From assembly GCA_031411295.1 (NCBI GenBank), contig JANOAV010000077.1:15295-79294 (forward strand): a stretch of 64,000 nt of DNA, read 5' to 3'. This stretch comes from Verrucomicrobiales bacterium. Its GTDB lineage: Bacteria; Verrucomicrobiota; Verrucomicrobiia; Verrucomicrobiales; V1-33. Under the pieces are notes generated by a model that was not told where the DNA came from, searched no databases, and saw only the letters and a list, made by a program, of their open reading frames with translations. Position numbers and translations under genes: made by a program. Shown here piece by piece: positions 52,360 to 61,104 of this stretch; the first letter of the stretch is position 1, and every line of letters starts with the position of its first letter.

Positions 52360-52956
52360 ATGCCCCCGCCCCCAGACAACAACTTCATCCCGCCGCACGG
52401 CGGTTATGAACAACTGCTCTCCTACCAGAAAGCGGTGGTGGTGTATGTGGGGACGTGCTTTTTCGTCAAAAAATGGCTCCCTGCCTACGGAGACCGCACG
52501 GTGGATCAAATGGTGCAGGCGGCCCGTTCCGGGAAACAGAACATCGTGGAAGGCAGCATGGCGTCCGGCACTTCCAAGGAAACGGAAGTCAAATTAACCA
52601 ACGTGGCCCGCGCCAGCCTGGAGGAACTGAAGGAAGACTACCGGGACTTCCTGAGAACGCGGAAGCTACCCATTTGGAGCCCAGAGCACACCTACGCGAA
52701 ACGCCTGCGTGCCTTGAACCGAACCCCAGGCGCAAACTACGAGACATTCCAGTAGGGCATTGAGAATGAAAATCCGGAGATAGCAGCTAACGTGCTGCTG
52801 GGTCTGACGACGGTGGCGTGCTACCTTTTGCAAAAACAACTGGAGTCCCTGGAGCAGGCCTTTTTGAAAGAAGGCGGCCTGCGGGAACGGATGACCAGAG
52901 CAAGGCTGGAGGTTAGGAAAAAGGACGGAAGGGACCAAAGGGACAAAAAAGACTAA
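52360..52956 (+). pseudogene. Four-helix-bundle (23S rRNA IVP-like) protein with suffix domain; in-frame TAG at 52753-52755
   Basis: HGGYEQLLSYQKA, RTVDQMVQAARSGKQNIVEGS, KLTNVARASLEEL..DY.DFLR; after the TAG the frame continues ...AANVLLGL...LEQAFLKEGGLRERMTRARL. Confidence 0.88.
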
Positions 52957-53011
52957 AGAGACGGCGGTCCTTTAAGTCCTTTAAGTCCCTTCTGTCCCTT
53001 CTGTCCTTTAT
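52919..53011. repeat. Second inverted 9-bp repeat array
   Basis: aaggacgga agggaccaa agggacaaa aaagactaa followed by ggtccttta agtccttta agtcccttc tgtcccttc tgtccttta. Confidence 0.9.
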
Positions 53012-56000
53012 CACTGCCGCTCCAATACCAGCGTCCGTTTCCCGCCGGTGTCTCCCACCAGCAACCGCTTCCCGTCTGCGCTGAAGCAGATGCCGCATGG
53101 GGCGGGGCCGCCCAGGTTCCCTATCAGGACTTCCACGGTGTAGGTGTCCGTTTGCGTCAGCTTCAAGCGCAGGAGGCGTTGTAGTTTGGGGTCCCTACCC
53201 TGCGCTCCTTGGAGGACGTAGAGGTCCGTGGTCAGGGGATCGGCTGCGAGCGCGGAGGGATCCTGCACGGGTTCGCTGAGGGTGCAGGGGTGGAAGGCGG
53301 TGCCGTCCCAGCGCAGAATGCGGCGGTTCGTGTCGGCTGGGGTGACGTTGGTCTCTGGCTCAATGGTGCTGCGGTTCAGCAGGAAAACGCCGGCCTTGGA
53401 GCTGGCAACGTCCATGGGATACTGCAATAACGTTTCGTCCGTGGCTAGCAGGCTGACCGGCTCGTCGTTATCGCAGCGGAAGCGCCAGAGGCCGGGCTTA
53501 CTCTCGGGATGCAGCTCATTTCTGCTGCAGGCCAGGAGCACATCGCCCAGTTGCAATCCGGGGGATAAATTTGCTTCCGTGACAAAGGCGAAGCCCATGG
53601 GATAGGGCGGCTCCTTGGTGGCAAATTCCAGTAAATTCAACTGACTGCCGTCGGCTTTGGCACGTCCGATGGTCGGGTGCTGGCCTCCATCCGGTTGAGT
53701 CCACGTCACGAATCCAGAATCTGGGGCCACGCCGGAAAATCCGGGGGTTTGTGGCTTAAGCTCGAGGAAATTCTCCGCTTCACCACCACTGTCAGACACG
53801 ATACGCAGGCGTGATTTTGAGCAATAGATCACCTTCCGGTCGGGAGCGAAGTGCGGGGAACTAAACGCAGAAGAATGACTGAGCCTTCCAACCTCCACCC
53901 AGCCCGGGATTTCCAACGAACTTTCCCGAGCAGCAGGCGACCGGAGCGGGGCAGGTTTGAACTCCGGGGTCGCTGAAGCCACCGGAGGATTCAGCCGCTT
54001 CAGCACCGCAATGGCGAAATTCCCCTTATCCGTAATGATCATTTTCTGACCGTCTGCACTGAACGCGATGCCGTTCGCGCCAGATTTCCCTAGCCTGTTA
54101 GCGAAAGTTTCCACGAGGTAGTGGTCCGGGTTGCTAGCCCCGGCAGGGCGGAGTCGGCTGATGCATTGGTCATCGGAACCCACACTGGTGGCATTCCCGC
54201 CTTGGATGATGTAAAGGTCACCACTAAGCGGATCTGCGGCCAGACCAGAGGGATGGAGGATGGGCTTGTCCGTGGTGCACGGATGCCAGCCATCCTGGTC
54301 CCACCGCAAGACGTGAGCATTGAGGTGACGCGGATCATTGTCAGGAATTTGTTCATCGTAGAAAACTAGCCGATCCAGTGCAAACACTCCTTGCCGTGTG
54401 ACTTCCACATCAACCATCCAGCCATCCTTGCCCCCCTTGGCAACGCGGCGGGCAGGCGCATCGTTGTCCAACCGGAAGCGCCAGAGACCGCCCACGCTCT
54501 CTAACCCTTGAAGGAACACCCGATGACCATGATCCGCTACGAGGACATCACCCGGATTCAGCCCCGTGTTAGGAGGTAAATTTTCGGCGGTCACAAAGGC
54601 GAAGTCCCAGGGTTCTCCGTCGGAAACCTTCTGCCCTTGCTTGACCAACATTTCACGCCCGATCTCGAAGCCGCCTAACGGGAACTCTGGGGCGAAATCA
54701 TAGCGCAACGTGGGCAGCAGCGTCCCATCCGGCAGCGCCCGGCCAAGGTGGAAGCCGTTATGCTCTTGTGGCTGGCCCCAGACGATGTGACCGCTGGGGG
54801 CGACGCCGACACAGCGAATTTCTTCCTTTTTCACTAGCTTCACGGCATCGCTAACCTCACCATTGACTAACTGCCGCAGCGGGCAATCGAATACTTGGTC
54901 GATGCTGAGGAGCCTGCCATCTGGGGTGAGCCGTCCGCATTCCTTGTGCGCGTTGTCGATGGATTCACGATCGTGTGCCCAGTCTGGCGAGTAGAAGCGC
55001 GGCACGGCATCTTCAGCTACATGGCGCTCACGCGCGAAGGCTTCGGAGAAGAGTGGCTGCCAGTTCCTGGGAGGGTTCTTCCGTTGCAACACCACCACAG
55101 ACGAGAGCTTTTCATCCGTGATGACCATCCGCAGCCCATCCGGGGTGATCTGAAGGCCGCAGTAGCTGAACCCGCGGAACTTCCGGGCGAAGGTCTCCAC
55201 GGTGTAGCGATCCGGCCCGGCGGGACGCAGGCGCAGGATCCGCTGTTCCATCACTCCGGGCTGCACGATTTCTCCCCCGTCGAGGACAAAGAGGTCGGGG
55301 CTGAGCGGGTCCGCCGCAATGCCCGCCGGAGAGAGGATGGGCTGGTCGGTGGTGCAGGGGTGAAAGCCACTAGGGTCCCACCGGAGCACGCGGGCGTTGT
55401 AGTCAGCCGGAATCGCCTTTCCGGAAGGTAGGGTATTAGTGCGATTGAGCAAAAACACCCCGTGGCGGGACACGGTGGCATCCAGCGGGAAATAGGTGTC
55501 GTCTTTCCGCCATCGCTCAGGGAGCGAGCCGAGGCGCTGGGCGGGTTCGTCGGAGTCGAAACGGAATTTCCACAGGCCGGGGGCGGTCCCCTGGATGAAG
55601 GGGAGCGGGCGGAGGGGGGCGTAAAGGGTGCAGTGGCCTTCGTCGGCATAGAGGACGTCACCAGGGCGCAATTCGGACCCGGGGGGCACGGTATTTTCAG
55701 TGACAAAGGCCAATCCCCAAGGGTATGCGCAGCCGTTATCGTCACCGTTGGCCAGACGTTCTGCCTTCATGGAGGCACGGGCTTCTGCTGTCCCCTCTTT
55801 GCTGAAATCCGGCGCGAGGGGCGTGAGCTTGGTGCCGTCCGGAAGAATCCGATGGATGGCGAGGTCGTCCGGATGCTTGTTTGTTGTCCACACAACGTTG
55901 CCTGTCTCCGGTTGCACGCCTATTTTGCTGATCCCCTCGGGGTTTTTAACCTCCTCCCGCTTTCCGTCGGGGCCTGGTTCGATGGTCAGAGTTTCCTTTG

Positions 56001-57459
56001 TGTTGATCCACATCAGGCGTCCATCGGGCCGGAGGCGCGCTGTGTTTACTTTCCTCTGTTGCTCTGTGCTCAGGAGTTCGCGCTCCACCTCCCACTCCGT
56101 GGAGAGCAGGCGTGGCATGTTCTGAGGAGGGATATCGTGGAAGCGGGCCACCTTGTCCGAGAACACCGCACGGCCCTCCAGCACCACTGGCTCTGCTGGC
56201 GTGGGAGGCTGGCGGCGGCTGCCCGCCAGAAACGCCATCCCCGCAGCCCCTGCGATTCCCACTACCGCTGCGGCGGCAGCCCAAAGTCCCGGACGTTTCT
56301 GCTTGGGGTAAATAACGGGTTTTTCCTCCAGGGCCCGCTCTGCGAAAAGGCGTGGCAACTCCGCGCCTGCGCACCACGGTTCAATCAGCCGGGCCACTTC
56401 CGCCGCAGTGGCCGGACGATCTGATGGCCGCAACGCTAACATGGAATTACAAAGCTGCACCAGAGGCTTCGGTAAATCCTGCCGCATCGTGGCAATGGAT
56501 GGCACCGCGTTGCTCGTAATGTGCTTCATGTGCCCAAAGAGCGACATTTCCCCACTCCCCGGATGCGGCGTTTTCCCAGTGAGGAAACGCCAGAGCGTAG
56601 CCCCCAGACTGTAAATATCCGCCCGGGCATCCACCTCTTGGGGAGACTCAATTTGCTCTGGAGCGGTGTATTCCAGCGTGCCCAGGAAACGCGTGGTGCC
56701 CCCAGTAACCGCAGGCGCCCCGAAGACCGGAGCCACGGCCAGACCCGCCAAGCCGAAGTCCAGGACTTTGACAGTGGAAGGGACCACAGGGACGGAAAGG
56801 ACTAAAGAGACCAAAGGGACGGCTGGGACATCATCGGTCCCTTGAGTCCCTTCCTTCCCTTCCGTCCTTTCCTCCACTAACCCGCCCCCGCTAGACACCA
56901 TCATATTCCCCGGCTTCACATCCCGGTGCACAAACCCGTGCCCATGCGCATGATGCAATGCCAGCGCAGCCTGCCGAATGATCTCGCAGCTCTCGGCAAT
57001 GGGCAGCGTGCCGTGTTTCCTCACCAGCGCCCCACAGTCCAGGCCGTCCACATATTCCATGATGAGATACCATTGGCCATCCCGCTCCCCGGCATCATAC
57101 GCCGTCACAATCCCCGGATGATTCAGCCCACCCACACTAATCATTTCCTGTTCAAATAACGCCACCGCATCCGGTGAACGCGCCAGCACGGTATCCAGAA
57201 ACTTCAACGCCACCGTGCGCTTCATGCGCCGATGCTGGGCGCGGAACACTCCGCCGAATCCCCCCTGCGCAATCTTTTCCTCCACCTCCAACTCTGGAAA
57301 TAACTCCGCCGCATGAGCCGCTTCATCATTCTCCGGCACCTCCGCAAAAGAAAACGCACATTGCGGACACTGCACCCCCAGTGGCCCGGAAAACATGGGA
57401 CCACCGCAGGTGCCACATTGGCGGGAACTGGAGCTGGAAGCGGAAGGACTTTGCGACAT
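53011..57459 (-). CDS. Membrane Ser/Thr protein kinase with N-terminal Zn-ribbon and three tandem ~350-aa propeller-like extracytoplasmic repeats
   Basis: CGTC..CPQC; QGGFGGV, VALK, HRDVKPGN, DFG, APE; TM; three copies of AFVT...GDVL...GLW.FR.D.D.P...LRWD...HPCT...AADPL..DL. Confidence 0.95.
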   Translation of the reverse strand: MSQSPSASSSSSRQCGTCGGPMFSGPLGVQCPQCAFSFAEVPENDEAAHAAELFPELEVEEKIAQGGFGGVFRAQHRRMKRTVALKFLDTVLARSPDAVALFEQEMISVGGLNHPGIVTAYDAGERDGQWYLIMEYVDGLDCGALVRKHGTLPIAESCEIIRQAALALHHAHGHGFVHRDVKPGNMMVSSGGGLVEERTEGKEGTQGTDDVPAVPLVSLVLSVPVVPSTVKVLDFGLAGLAVAPVFGAPAVTGGTTRFLGTLEYTAPEQIESPQEVDARADIYSLGATLWRFLTGKTPHPGSGEMSLFGHMKHITSNAVPSIATMRQDLPKPLVQLCNSMLALRPSDRPATAAEVARLIEPWCAGAELPRLFAERALEEKPVIYPKQKRPGLWAAAAAVVGIAGAAGMAFLAGSRRQPPTPAEPVVLEGRAVFSDKVARFHDIPPQNMPRLLSTEWEVERELLSTEQQRKVNTARLRPDGRLMWINTKETLTIEPGPDGKREEVKNPEGISKIGVQPETGNVVWTTNKHPDDLAIHRILPDGTKLTPLAPDFSKEGTAEARASMKAERLANGDDNGCAYPWGLAFVTENTVPPGSELRPGDVLYADEGHCTLYAPLRPLPFIQGTAPGLWKFRFDSDEPAQRLGSLPERWRKDDTYFPLDATVSRHGVFLLNRTNTLPSGKAIPADYNARVLRWDPSGFHPCTTDQPILSPAGIAADPLSPDLFVLDGGEIVQPGVMEQRILRLRPAGPDRYTVETFARKFRGFSYCGLQITPDGLRMVITDEKLSSVVVLQRKNPPRNWQPLFSEAFARERHVAEDAVPRFYSPDWAHDRESIDNAHKECGRLTPDGRLLSIDQVFDCPLRQLVNGEVSDAVKLVKKEEIRCVGVAPSGHIVWGQPQEHNGFHLGRALPDGTLLPTLRYDFAPEFPLGGFEIGREMLVKQGQKVSDGEPWDFAFVTAENLPPNTGLNPGDVLVADHGHRVFLQGLESVGGLWRFRLDNDAPARRVAKGGKDGWMVDVEVTRQGVFALDRLVFYDEQIPDNDPRHLNAHVLRWDQDGWHPCTTDKPILHPSGLAADPLSGDLYIIQGGNATSVGSDDQCISRLRPAGASNPDHYLVETFANRLGKSGANGIAFSADGQKMIITDKGNFAIAVLKRLNPPVASATPEFKPAPLRSPAARESSLEIPGWVEVGRLSHSSAFSSPHFAPDRKVIYCSKSRLRIVSDSGGEAENFLELKPQTPGFSGVAPDSGFVTWTQPDGGQHPTIGRAKADGSQLNLLEFATKEPPYPMGFAFVTEANLSPGLQLGDVLLACSRNELHPESKPGLWRFRCDNDEPVSLLATDETLLQYPMDVASSKAGVFLLNRSTIEPETNVTPADTNRRILRWDGTAFHPCTLSEPVQDPSALAADPLTTDLYVLQGAQGRDPKLQRLLRLKLTQTDTYTVEVLIGNLGGPAPCGICFSADGKRLLVGDTGGKRTLVLERQ
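56778..56871. repeat. Inverted 9-bp repeat array inserted in-frame in the kinase domain
   Basis: aagggacca cagggacgg aaaggacta aagagacca aagggacgg ... ggtcccttg agtcccttc cttcccttc cgtcctttc. Confidence 0.85.
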
Positions 57460-57478
57460 GGAAAAGTAACGTTACTGC

Positions 57479-58204
57479 TTATCCATGCGAGAAAGTGGAC
57501 AAAAGGTAACGCAGTTCCTGTTGAATATCCGAGTGGGAGCCCACCGTCTCCATAATTTCCGCCCGCAGAATGTCACCGTAACTCCGCCGCAGCCGGGACA
57601 GCGCCATTTTCACGGCCGCCTCCGTCATCTCCAAACGCTGCCCAATCTCCGCCAAATGATCCGCTCCTCCACCCGTGAGCCGTGGCAGCAGCTCCTCGAA
57701 CAACTCCGGTTTCCCCCGATACTCCGCCCGCAGCCGATTCCCGGCCCGTTCCATCACTTGCATCGCCCAGGCCCGATCAAACGCCATTTCCGGAGAAGCC
57801 GCCAACGAAGCGTCCGCCAACCAACGTTCCTCCGCCAAGACCGTATCCAGTTCCACGAACTGCACCTCCCCACCACGCTTCTGCCGCCGCATCGCCCGCC
57901 AGGCGTCCGCGTCCAAATGCTGCAATGACGTGAGCAACAACGTGCGAAATTTCCCCTTCGCTGGATCCGCCGCCGTCAGCAGACTGCCATCCATCAGCCG
58001 GGCAAAGAAATCCTGCGTTAAATCCTGCGCATCCTCAATGTCCCGACCACTCCGCCGCAGAAAGGCATACAACGGATACCAATACGCCCGGCATAACGAA
58101 CCCAGCGCCTCCCGCCGCACCACATCATCCACCGCACACGCCCGCAGCACCAAGCTCCAGCGGGTGGGCTCAAATTTTGCATTCTCAAGACGGGCATCAG
58201 ACAT
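57479..58204 (-). CDS. ECF sigma factor (kinase-associated PVC type)
   Basis: F.PTRWSLV, LCRAYWYPLYAFLRR, EDAQDLTQDFF, KGKFRT, FDRAWA, AVKMALSRLR. Confidence 0.93.
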   Translation of the reverse strand: MSDARLENAKFEPTRWSLVLRACAVDDVVRREALGSLCRAYWYPLYAFLRRSGRDIEDAQDLTQDFFARLMDGSLLTAADPAKGKFRTLLLTSLQHLDADAWRAMRRQKRGGEVQFVELDTVLAEERWLADASLAASPEMAFDRAWAMQVMERAGNRLRAEYRGKPELFEELLPRLTGGGADHLAEIGQRLEMTEAAVKMALSRLRRSYGDILRAEIMETVGSHSDIQQELRYLLSTFSHG

Positions 58205-58331
58205 CGCGCACCATGCTATGAGTCGATTTGTGAGCAAGTGAATTTGCAAGACCCCGGGTTAGGCATGATTTCTCCGCCTCCCGATCCCCTGTCCAAGGCC
58301 CACCTGAAAAAGCGAATTCGTAGCAGACAGA

Positions 58332-58359
58332 CCCACCGCAGTCCAGCGGACTGCGACCA
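58332..58359. repeat. REP-like palindrome with an exact direct copy at 58979-59006
   Basis: cccaccgcagtccagcggactgcgacca occurs twice. Confidence 0.85.
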
Positions 58360-58590
58360 TAAGGAGGTGGAGCGAGGCTGAGACCGAACCAGTCGTGAGA
58401 CTAAGCACCCAAATTCTAGACGCATGTTGCTAGCGATGCTCGATCTGCGCAGGGAGGAAGTGGTGCAAATTTGGGACATCAGCCTGACGAAAGCTCGGAC
58501 GCAGCCTCGCACCACCTCCCGGCGTTGCTTGGTTGCAGTGCGGAGATTGCGATGCTATCAACCCAAACCGCTGCTTCATCCTTTGTCCTC

Positions 58591-58878
58591 ATGGAAACCG
58601 TGCCCTCTTCCCGAAAATCCACCTTCGCGCCCATCGTGGTGGTTGTGCTTGTGCTTTACGTGGGGAGTTATTGCTGGCTGCGGTTTGGGATAGCCAAACA
58701 TTTCGGAGGGTATTCATCTGGCCCCTCCCTGCTTTACATATCAAATGAGCGGTGGATCGGAATCAATGCCGACCGCCTGAATTTCATTTTCAAGCCACTG
58801 CTGTTGGCCGACGCACTTATTTCAAGGAAAAAACATGTCTGTTTTGTGGGTGAACGCTTCTGGGGCTTAGCGGAATAA
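58591..58878 (+). CDS. Small membrane hypothetical protein
   Basis: N-terminal TM (IVVVVLVLYVGSY); FIFKPL..AD motif; AT-richer than its surroundings. Confidence 0.6.
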   Translation: METVPSSRKSTFAPIVVVVLVLYVGSYCWLRFGIAKHFGGYSSGPSLLYISNERWIGINADRLNFIFKPLLLADALISRKKHVCFVGERFWGLAE

Positions 58879-58938
58879 GTTTCAAAAACAACCCACCGCT
58901 CAGTTCCCCACAGCGAACCACTCGTTTGCAGCTCCCCC

Positions 58939-59060
58939 GAATGTGGAGCAGTCGGCTCGACTGCTCACCCCCACCCCGCCCACCGCAGTCCAGCGGACTG
59001 CGACCACTCTCAGAGCCAAGCCCGCCGCCCGATCCTCCGCCTCAAGGCGGAACTCCAGCG
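58939..59060. repeat. Cluster of three different REP-like palindromes
   Basis: gaatgtggagcagtcggctcgactgctc; cgcagtccagcggactgcg; tccgcctcaaggcggaactccagcg. Confidence 0.8.
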
Positions 59061-59208
59061 GCGGTTCCCATCATCATTTCGACAGACTTATGCCACCAAT
59101 GGCATGATCTCTTGGTTCCCCATGGCTACCACCCATGGCCGCGGTTTGAACGCTTGGCGATCAATGCCATCTGTGCGACTCCCGGTGTCCTCGACTCGCC
59201 TTCAGATG

Positions 59209-61104
59209 TTAAGTTGATCGTCTCCTTTTTGCGGCAGCTTTCATTTTTTGCTTGGGTTTCCGATTGGTGGCAACCTGTTCCGATACGAATTCACCACAGC
59301 GAAGACGCCACAGTTCAGGTGGCACTGGGGATTTGTGAACTAGGCAAGCAAGCAAAATTGCCCCTAGTGGCATTCCCGGAACTATGGGCATCGGATGATG
59401 CGCTCTCATCTCAGTAACCAGTGAACAAATTTTTGCCACAAGGGATTCATCGGGATCCTCAGGAAGTCCATAGTAAGGATTAAGTGTGATGCAAATTCCC
59501 GTATTTCCGATATTACCATCAAGCACTTTTTCGATCCAATCCAGGGGGGGCACCCAACTCTGTAACTCCACGCGCTCTTTAAATTTAATCGCTTCACCAG
59601 ACTCCATTTTCCCTGCAACCAGTTGGCGGTAAATCACCTCAGCTAGCGCCGCTCCATCTTCGCCAAGATCTCCAACGCAAATTTCTAGTAGCATTTGAAT
59701 CAGGTAAGACGATTTTCCAAAGCTTTCTGACGGCTCCACCCCAGTAGCTATATACTCCAGCAAGAGTGGCCAGGAGTTGCTTTGATCTATAAGCCTCACT
59801 CCTCCGTAGCCAAGCCGCCGCAACATCAATCGTTCAAAAATGCTCCCGATAATGATGGTTACTTCTTTTCGACGACCAGCCCGGGACAATGCCCGCCAAA
59901 GGAGGAAAAGTTGAAGATGATGACAGTCCAATATAGGGCGATGGCATGACGGGTTAGCGTTCATCATGCCTATCCAAGTATTCAAAACGGTTTGAAAACT
60001 TTTCTGAATCGCTTCGAGTTCTGCATGAGCGCCCGCATTATGGAACAAGTCGCTCAATTCCTCGAAGCTGGCCGCTAGAATTCCCAGCCTCGCCATATGC
60101 CAATATGCGTGATGAGACGAAATAGCCTCAGCAAACTCGTTTTGAAATCCACACGCTAAAGAGTCCGCCGTGCAAAGCAGCGCCGCGTTGCGCTCATAGT
60201 AAATCTCCAACTCGTGGAGATAAACATTGATCCACATTCCTAAAATGGCGGAGGTGACCTTTTCGTTTCGTGACCTGCGGTAGGCTGACCAAAGTGCTAA
60301 CATGGCCCATTCAATCAATTCAATCCAACCAGTTTCCCAGGCAGGCTCATCTTTCCCATGACCGTTCAAAATGATAAGGGCTACCGATATCATTCGCACT
60401 TCCTTTTCGCTGATCGGATCCTTTAGAACACTAGCTAGAAATTCCCTCCAATCTGGAATCAAGACTTCGGTCCACTGCTCTGAGCCATGTGTGAAATCTT
60501 CAACCTGCCAGCAAATGTATGAAAATGCTTTGAAAAGCTTTTCCGGCAAGAGCGCGGGACTTCCAATCAACTTATCACGGACGCGGTTGGTCAATTCAGT
60601 CAGATTCCACCGCTCAAATGTTAATTGCGCGGTATCCCCTACTTTCGTGCCGAGACTTCGTGTGGTTCGCTCATAGGATTCTACCCCATTCGCATCCTCA
60701 TCCTTGTTATATGCGAGAATTACTCTTACGGATTTCACGGAACTGAACTCAGTGGCGCTCAGATCTTGGGCTGCAGCCCGACGTAAATCCCATTCAAATC
60801 TTTCAGCAATCCAGTTGGCATAAGTCAGGGGTTCGTCCTTCAAAACGAAAATAATCAGGGTCGAACCGTCTTTGCTGATGGCTTTAAAATCTTCGCCATG
60901 CTCGCGTTCTGTTTTTGGTTTCGGGGCACTATCACGTCCTCCTCGATGGAACGCCAAACGAAGCGGGGTCCATTCCTCAGCCTCCGCAAGCTTTAGAATA
61001 ATGTGGTCAAATCCATACTTGCTTCCGGTTTTCTCATCACGCGTGACCTCCCGCAAACTATGGAGGTAACCACTCAAAAATGTTGTAATTGTATCAGGGC
61101 TCAT
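59209..61104 (-). CDS. Putative defence protein with N-terminal restriction-endonuclease-like domain (OloB-like)
   Basis: YLHSLRE, EHGEDFKA...IFVLK (PD-(D/E)xK/Mrr-like), followed by a long helical region; AT-richer. Confidence 0.6.
   Translation of the reverse strand: MSPDTITTFLSGYLHSLREVTRDEKTGSKYGFDHIILKLAEAEEWTPLRLAFHRGGRDSAPKPKTEREHGEDFKAISKDGSTLIIFVLKDEPLTYANWIAERFEWDLRRAAAQDLSATEFSSVKSVRVILAYNKDEDANGVESYERTTRSLGTKVGDTAQLTFERWNLTELTNRVRDKLIGSPALLPEKLFKAFSYICWQVEDFTHGSEQWTEVLIPDWREFLASVLKDPISEKEVRMISVALIILNGHGKDEPAWETGWIELIEWAMLALWSAYRRSRNEKVTSAILGMWINVYLHELEIYYERNAALLCTADSLACGFQNEFAEAISSHHAYWHMARLGILAASFEELSDLFHNAGAHAELEAIQKSFQTVLNTWIGMMNANPSCHRPILDCHHLQLFLLWRALSRAGRRKEVTIIIGSIFERLMLRRLGYGGVRLIDQSNSWPLLLEYIATGVEPSESFGKSSYLIQMLLEICVGDLGEDGAALAEVIYRQLVAGKMESGEAIKFKERVELQSWVPPLDWIEKVLDGNIGNTGICITLNPYYGLPEDPDESLVAKICSLVTEMRAHHPMPIVPGMPLGAILLACLVHKSPVPPELWRLRCGEFVSEQVATNRKPKQKMKAAAKRRRST

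Noticed and set aside
52360..52956. Diversity-generating retroelement (Avd-like gene) or 23S rRNA intervening sequence
   Set aside because: No reverse transcriptase, TR/VR pair or rRNA sequence was seen in the window.
52245..53011. Possible CRISPR array
   Set aside because: Units are contiguous degenerate 9-mers with no spacers, and there are no cas genes.
58400..58590. Integron attC site before the small membrane gene
   Set aside because: No convincing R''/R' inverted core sites and no integrase in the window.
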